A stretch of DNA of 64,000 bases from Zhongshania sp. (GTDB lineage Bacteria; Pseudomonadota; Gammaproteobacteria; Pseudomonadales; Spongiibacteraceae), in assembly GCF_029212375.1 (NCBI RefSeq), contig NZ_JARGNU010000005.1, forward strand, positions 161,532 to 225,531, read 5' to 3'. Positions 62,348-64,000 of the stretch are shown in pieces; position 1 is the stretch's first letter, and each line of letters opens with the position of its first letter. A program made the translations under genes and the position numbers. The notes under the pieces were generated by a model, which saw only the letters and a list, made by a program, of their open reading frames with translations, ran no database searches and had not been told where the DNA came from.

Positions 62348-62470
62348 GCTTCCTTCCTAAATGAGGATAAATTAGGGTTGAGGATCTATCCTTTTATAAA
62401 TTCTTCTTAGCAACCATTTCTTTTACGGCACCACTCATCGAAAGATGATTGTACGTTGCGACCTTATTTA

Positions 62471-64000
62471 TCACTCCACAATCGCCTTCAACAGCGCATC
62501 TCTTGCGTCCTGGTAAAACTGGATGTCGATCTTGGTCGCCATATCATCCGATAGATCATACAGCTGCCTGCGACAGGTCACTGGCATCAACAATGATGAC
62601 GCTCCTTTCTCAACCGCCAGTTCAGTAATATTCACTGCACTATTTATCGGTTCAATTGAGCCACCCAGGTTAATTTCACCCACCACAATCAGGCCACCTT
62701 TAACAGGTTTTTTGAGCAGGCCGCTGCACATCGCAACCAGAGAGGCGATACCAAGCTTCGATCCACGCTTGGAGGCGTCAAACGCCCTGAGCTGTATCGT
62801 GAACTCATGCGCACGCGGGTCACGATCGCCAACCAGTTGCATAGCTCGAGAATAAAGGTTCTGCTCAGCGTAACGGACAGATTCACGGAACGCTGGCGGT
62901 ACTGGATTGTTGAGGATTTTGACTCCCGAGCCCGGACCTTCATTAACTTCAATACGATACAAGCCAGGGTTGTCGTCAATGTCCTGGCCACCCTCGCTTA
63001 CAGTCCAAATCTGACCTGGCTCTAGTGGGTCATCGCCAATTTCGTTATCTGATCGGAGCTCAGGCGTGGCAACAAACTTCTCGACACCGTCATCACCCAG
63101 GAAATAACTGAAATGGGTATTGCGGAACTCGGCGGCACCCACACGCTTTTGCTGCTCTTTGACGCGGCGACGTACTTCTAACCCCAGTCTTACCGCCCAT
63201 TCCAGATCTTTGTCGCTGATCTCCATGTCCTGTGAGGGATACATCAGTTTCAGCAAGCCAGATACGGTTTTGTTAACGGCATTTACATCACGACCACTCA
63301 ATGCCCCACCAAAGTGAACGCGATTTTGTAGTACGCTAACTCGGCTTTGGAAACGCAAACGACTTAAACATTCAGAGAAAAAGTCACTGACCAATCCAAA
63401 GTGATCGGTCGTGAGCTCTTTGTTCATTTTCGGCACATCCCAGCCGGGCAGATAACAATGGATACGATCCATCCAAGCGGTATCGTCACGCATTTCTTGA
63501 GGCAGTGGCCCGAATAAATGTCCAACCCGCTGCTGGTGCTCTACATCCACATCAAAGTTGCCGACAAACACCATCGAGCCGTCAGCGCGAATGCTTTCCT
63601 TGCCTCGTGAGAACTCGCCTGACTCCATGTAGCCCTTCATGATGTTGATCCCTTCTTTGGAATCGAAGGAAATGCCACTCACTTCGTCGAAGCAGACCAC
63701 ATCGTATTGGCATACTAAGCCGCGCGCTCCGGAGGCATTATTCACGAACATCTTGGCAATGGTCGCTTTACCACCGGAAATCAAATGCGCATAGGGGGAA
63801 ACCTGCTGGAAGAGATGGCTCTTGCCGGTACCGCGCGGCCCCAGCTCCACCAGGTTATAGTTACGCTCTACAAAGGGAACCATACGCAGCAAATTGGCAT
63901 CTTTGGCGCGGTCGCTCAACGCGTTTGCTTCGAGCCCAATACTGCGCAGAAGAAAGTCTTTCCACTGCTGGCTGGTAAACTGCTTTCTTGCTTCGGCTAA
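62471..64000 (-). CDS. brxL: BREX system Lon-protease-like protein BrxL (3' about 510 codons; 5' end beyond the window)
   Basis: The frame stays open through 63920-64000 upstream of the tracked TTG (own translation LAEARKQFTSQQWKDFLLRSIGLEANA-LSDRAK...). Long colinear matches to BrxL as I remember it: W.D.LLRS.G.EP, VPFVE.NYN..ELGPRGTGKSH, FDEV.GI.F, IPGW..PKM, RDV.AV..TVSGLLKLM.P, EVRRRVKEQ.K, and a C-terminal Lon-like domain. Confidence 0.9.
   Translation of the reverse strand, partial: LAEARKQFTSQQWKDFLLRSIGLEANALSDRAKDANLLRMVPFVERNYNLVELGPRGTGKSHLFQQVSPYAHLISGGKATIAKMFVNNASGARGLVCQYDVVCFDEVSGISFDSKEGINIMKGYMESGEFSRGKESIRADGSMVFVGNFDVDVEHQQRVGHLFGPLPQEMRDDTAWMDRIHCYLPGWDVPKMNKELTTDHFGLVSDFFSECLSRLRFQSRVSVLQNRVHFGGALSGRDVNAVNKTVSGLLKLMYPSQDMEISDKDLEWAVRLGLEVRRRVKEQQKRVGAAEFRNTHFSYFLGDDGVEKFVATPELRSDNEIGDDPLEPGQIWTVSEGGQDIDDNPGLYRIEVNEGPGSGVKILNNPVPPAFRESVRYAEQNLYSRAMQLVGDRDPRAHEFTIQLRAFDASKRGSKLGIASLVAMCSGLLKKPVKGGLIVVGEINLGGSIEPINSAVNITELAVEKGASSLLMPVTCRRQLYDLSDDMATKIDIQFYQDARDALLKAIVE

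Larger units (their letters stand above)
54445..64000. mobile_element. Left end of a putative horizontally acquired defence island (right end beyond the window)
   Basis: There is an abrupt by-eye shift to AT-richer sequence and A/T-ending codons exactly where the native srkA homology stops. The cargo is brxL plus a NERD-kinase-helicase operon plus an srkA xenolog. No integrase is visible inside the window. Confidence 0.5.

Noticed and set aside
62348-62470. Promoter for the giant gene in the brxL-giant gene spacer
   Set aside because: The candidates (TTGCTA-N17-GATAGA, and TATAAA without a -35) are poor matches. Only the RBS (GGAAGGAAG) is clear, so co-transcription with brxL cannot be excluded.

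Overview
By gene content and order this is a chromosomal window from a gammaproteobacterium. The synteny is Pseudomonas/Cellvibrionales-like: ubiE-ubiJ-ubiB-hisI-hisE-tatABC, then ponA divergent from pilMNOPQ-aroK-aroB-gltBD-hemE. Positions 1 to about 54,445 are ordinary, densely packed GC-rich core genes. They include leuA, rimI, pbpG, gdhA, radA, an OmpR/EnvZ-type two-component pair, tag, cysE, a TetR plus ABC-2 exporter, and a molybdo-hydroxylase operon with a dihaem cytochrome c. At about 54,445 the sequence becomes visibly more AT-rich, with different third-codon-position usage, and stays so to the window end. This junction cuts the native stress-kinase gene srkA/rdoA after roughly its first 35-40 codons. 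Immediately inside the AT-richer segment, left to right (all genes on the minus strand), are: (1) five ATGTACA repeats; (2) a full-length but divergent srkA xenolog; (3) a translationally coupled two-gene operon encoding a 478-aa wHTH-like protein and a 1657-aa protein that fuses a NERD nuclease, a degenerate kinase, an intact kinase and a Upf1/DNA2-like SF1 helicase; (4) the 3' two-thirds of a BREX brxL gene that runs off the window. The two-gene operon next to brxL is my best candidate for an undescribed or only partly described defence module. It has PglW-like and Mokosh-MkoA-like flavour, but its partner protein has no PLD motif. Lesser oddities are a DnaT-domain (three repeats) plus lambda-P-like gene pair next to radA, a small AT-richer islet of short same-strand ORFs with degenerate attC-like palindromes, and a DnaJ-type zinc finger fused to an FAD monooxygenase. 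I saw no rRNA, tRNA or CRISPR array, and no integrase or transposase, inside the window. All calls rest on reading the supplied translations and sequence by eye; no searches were run.
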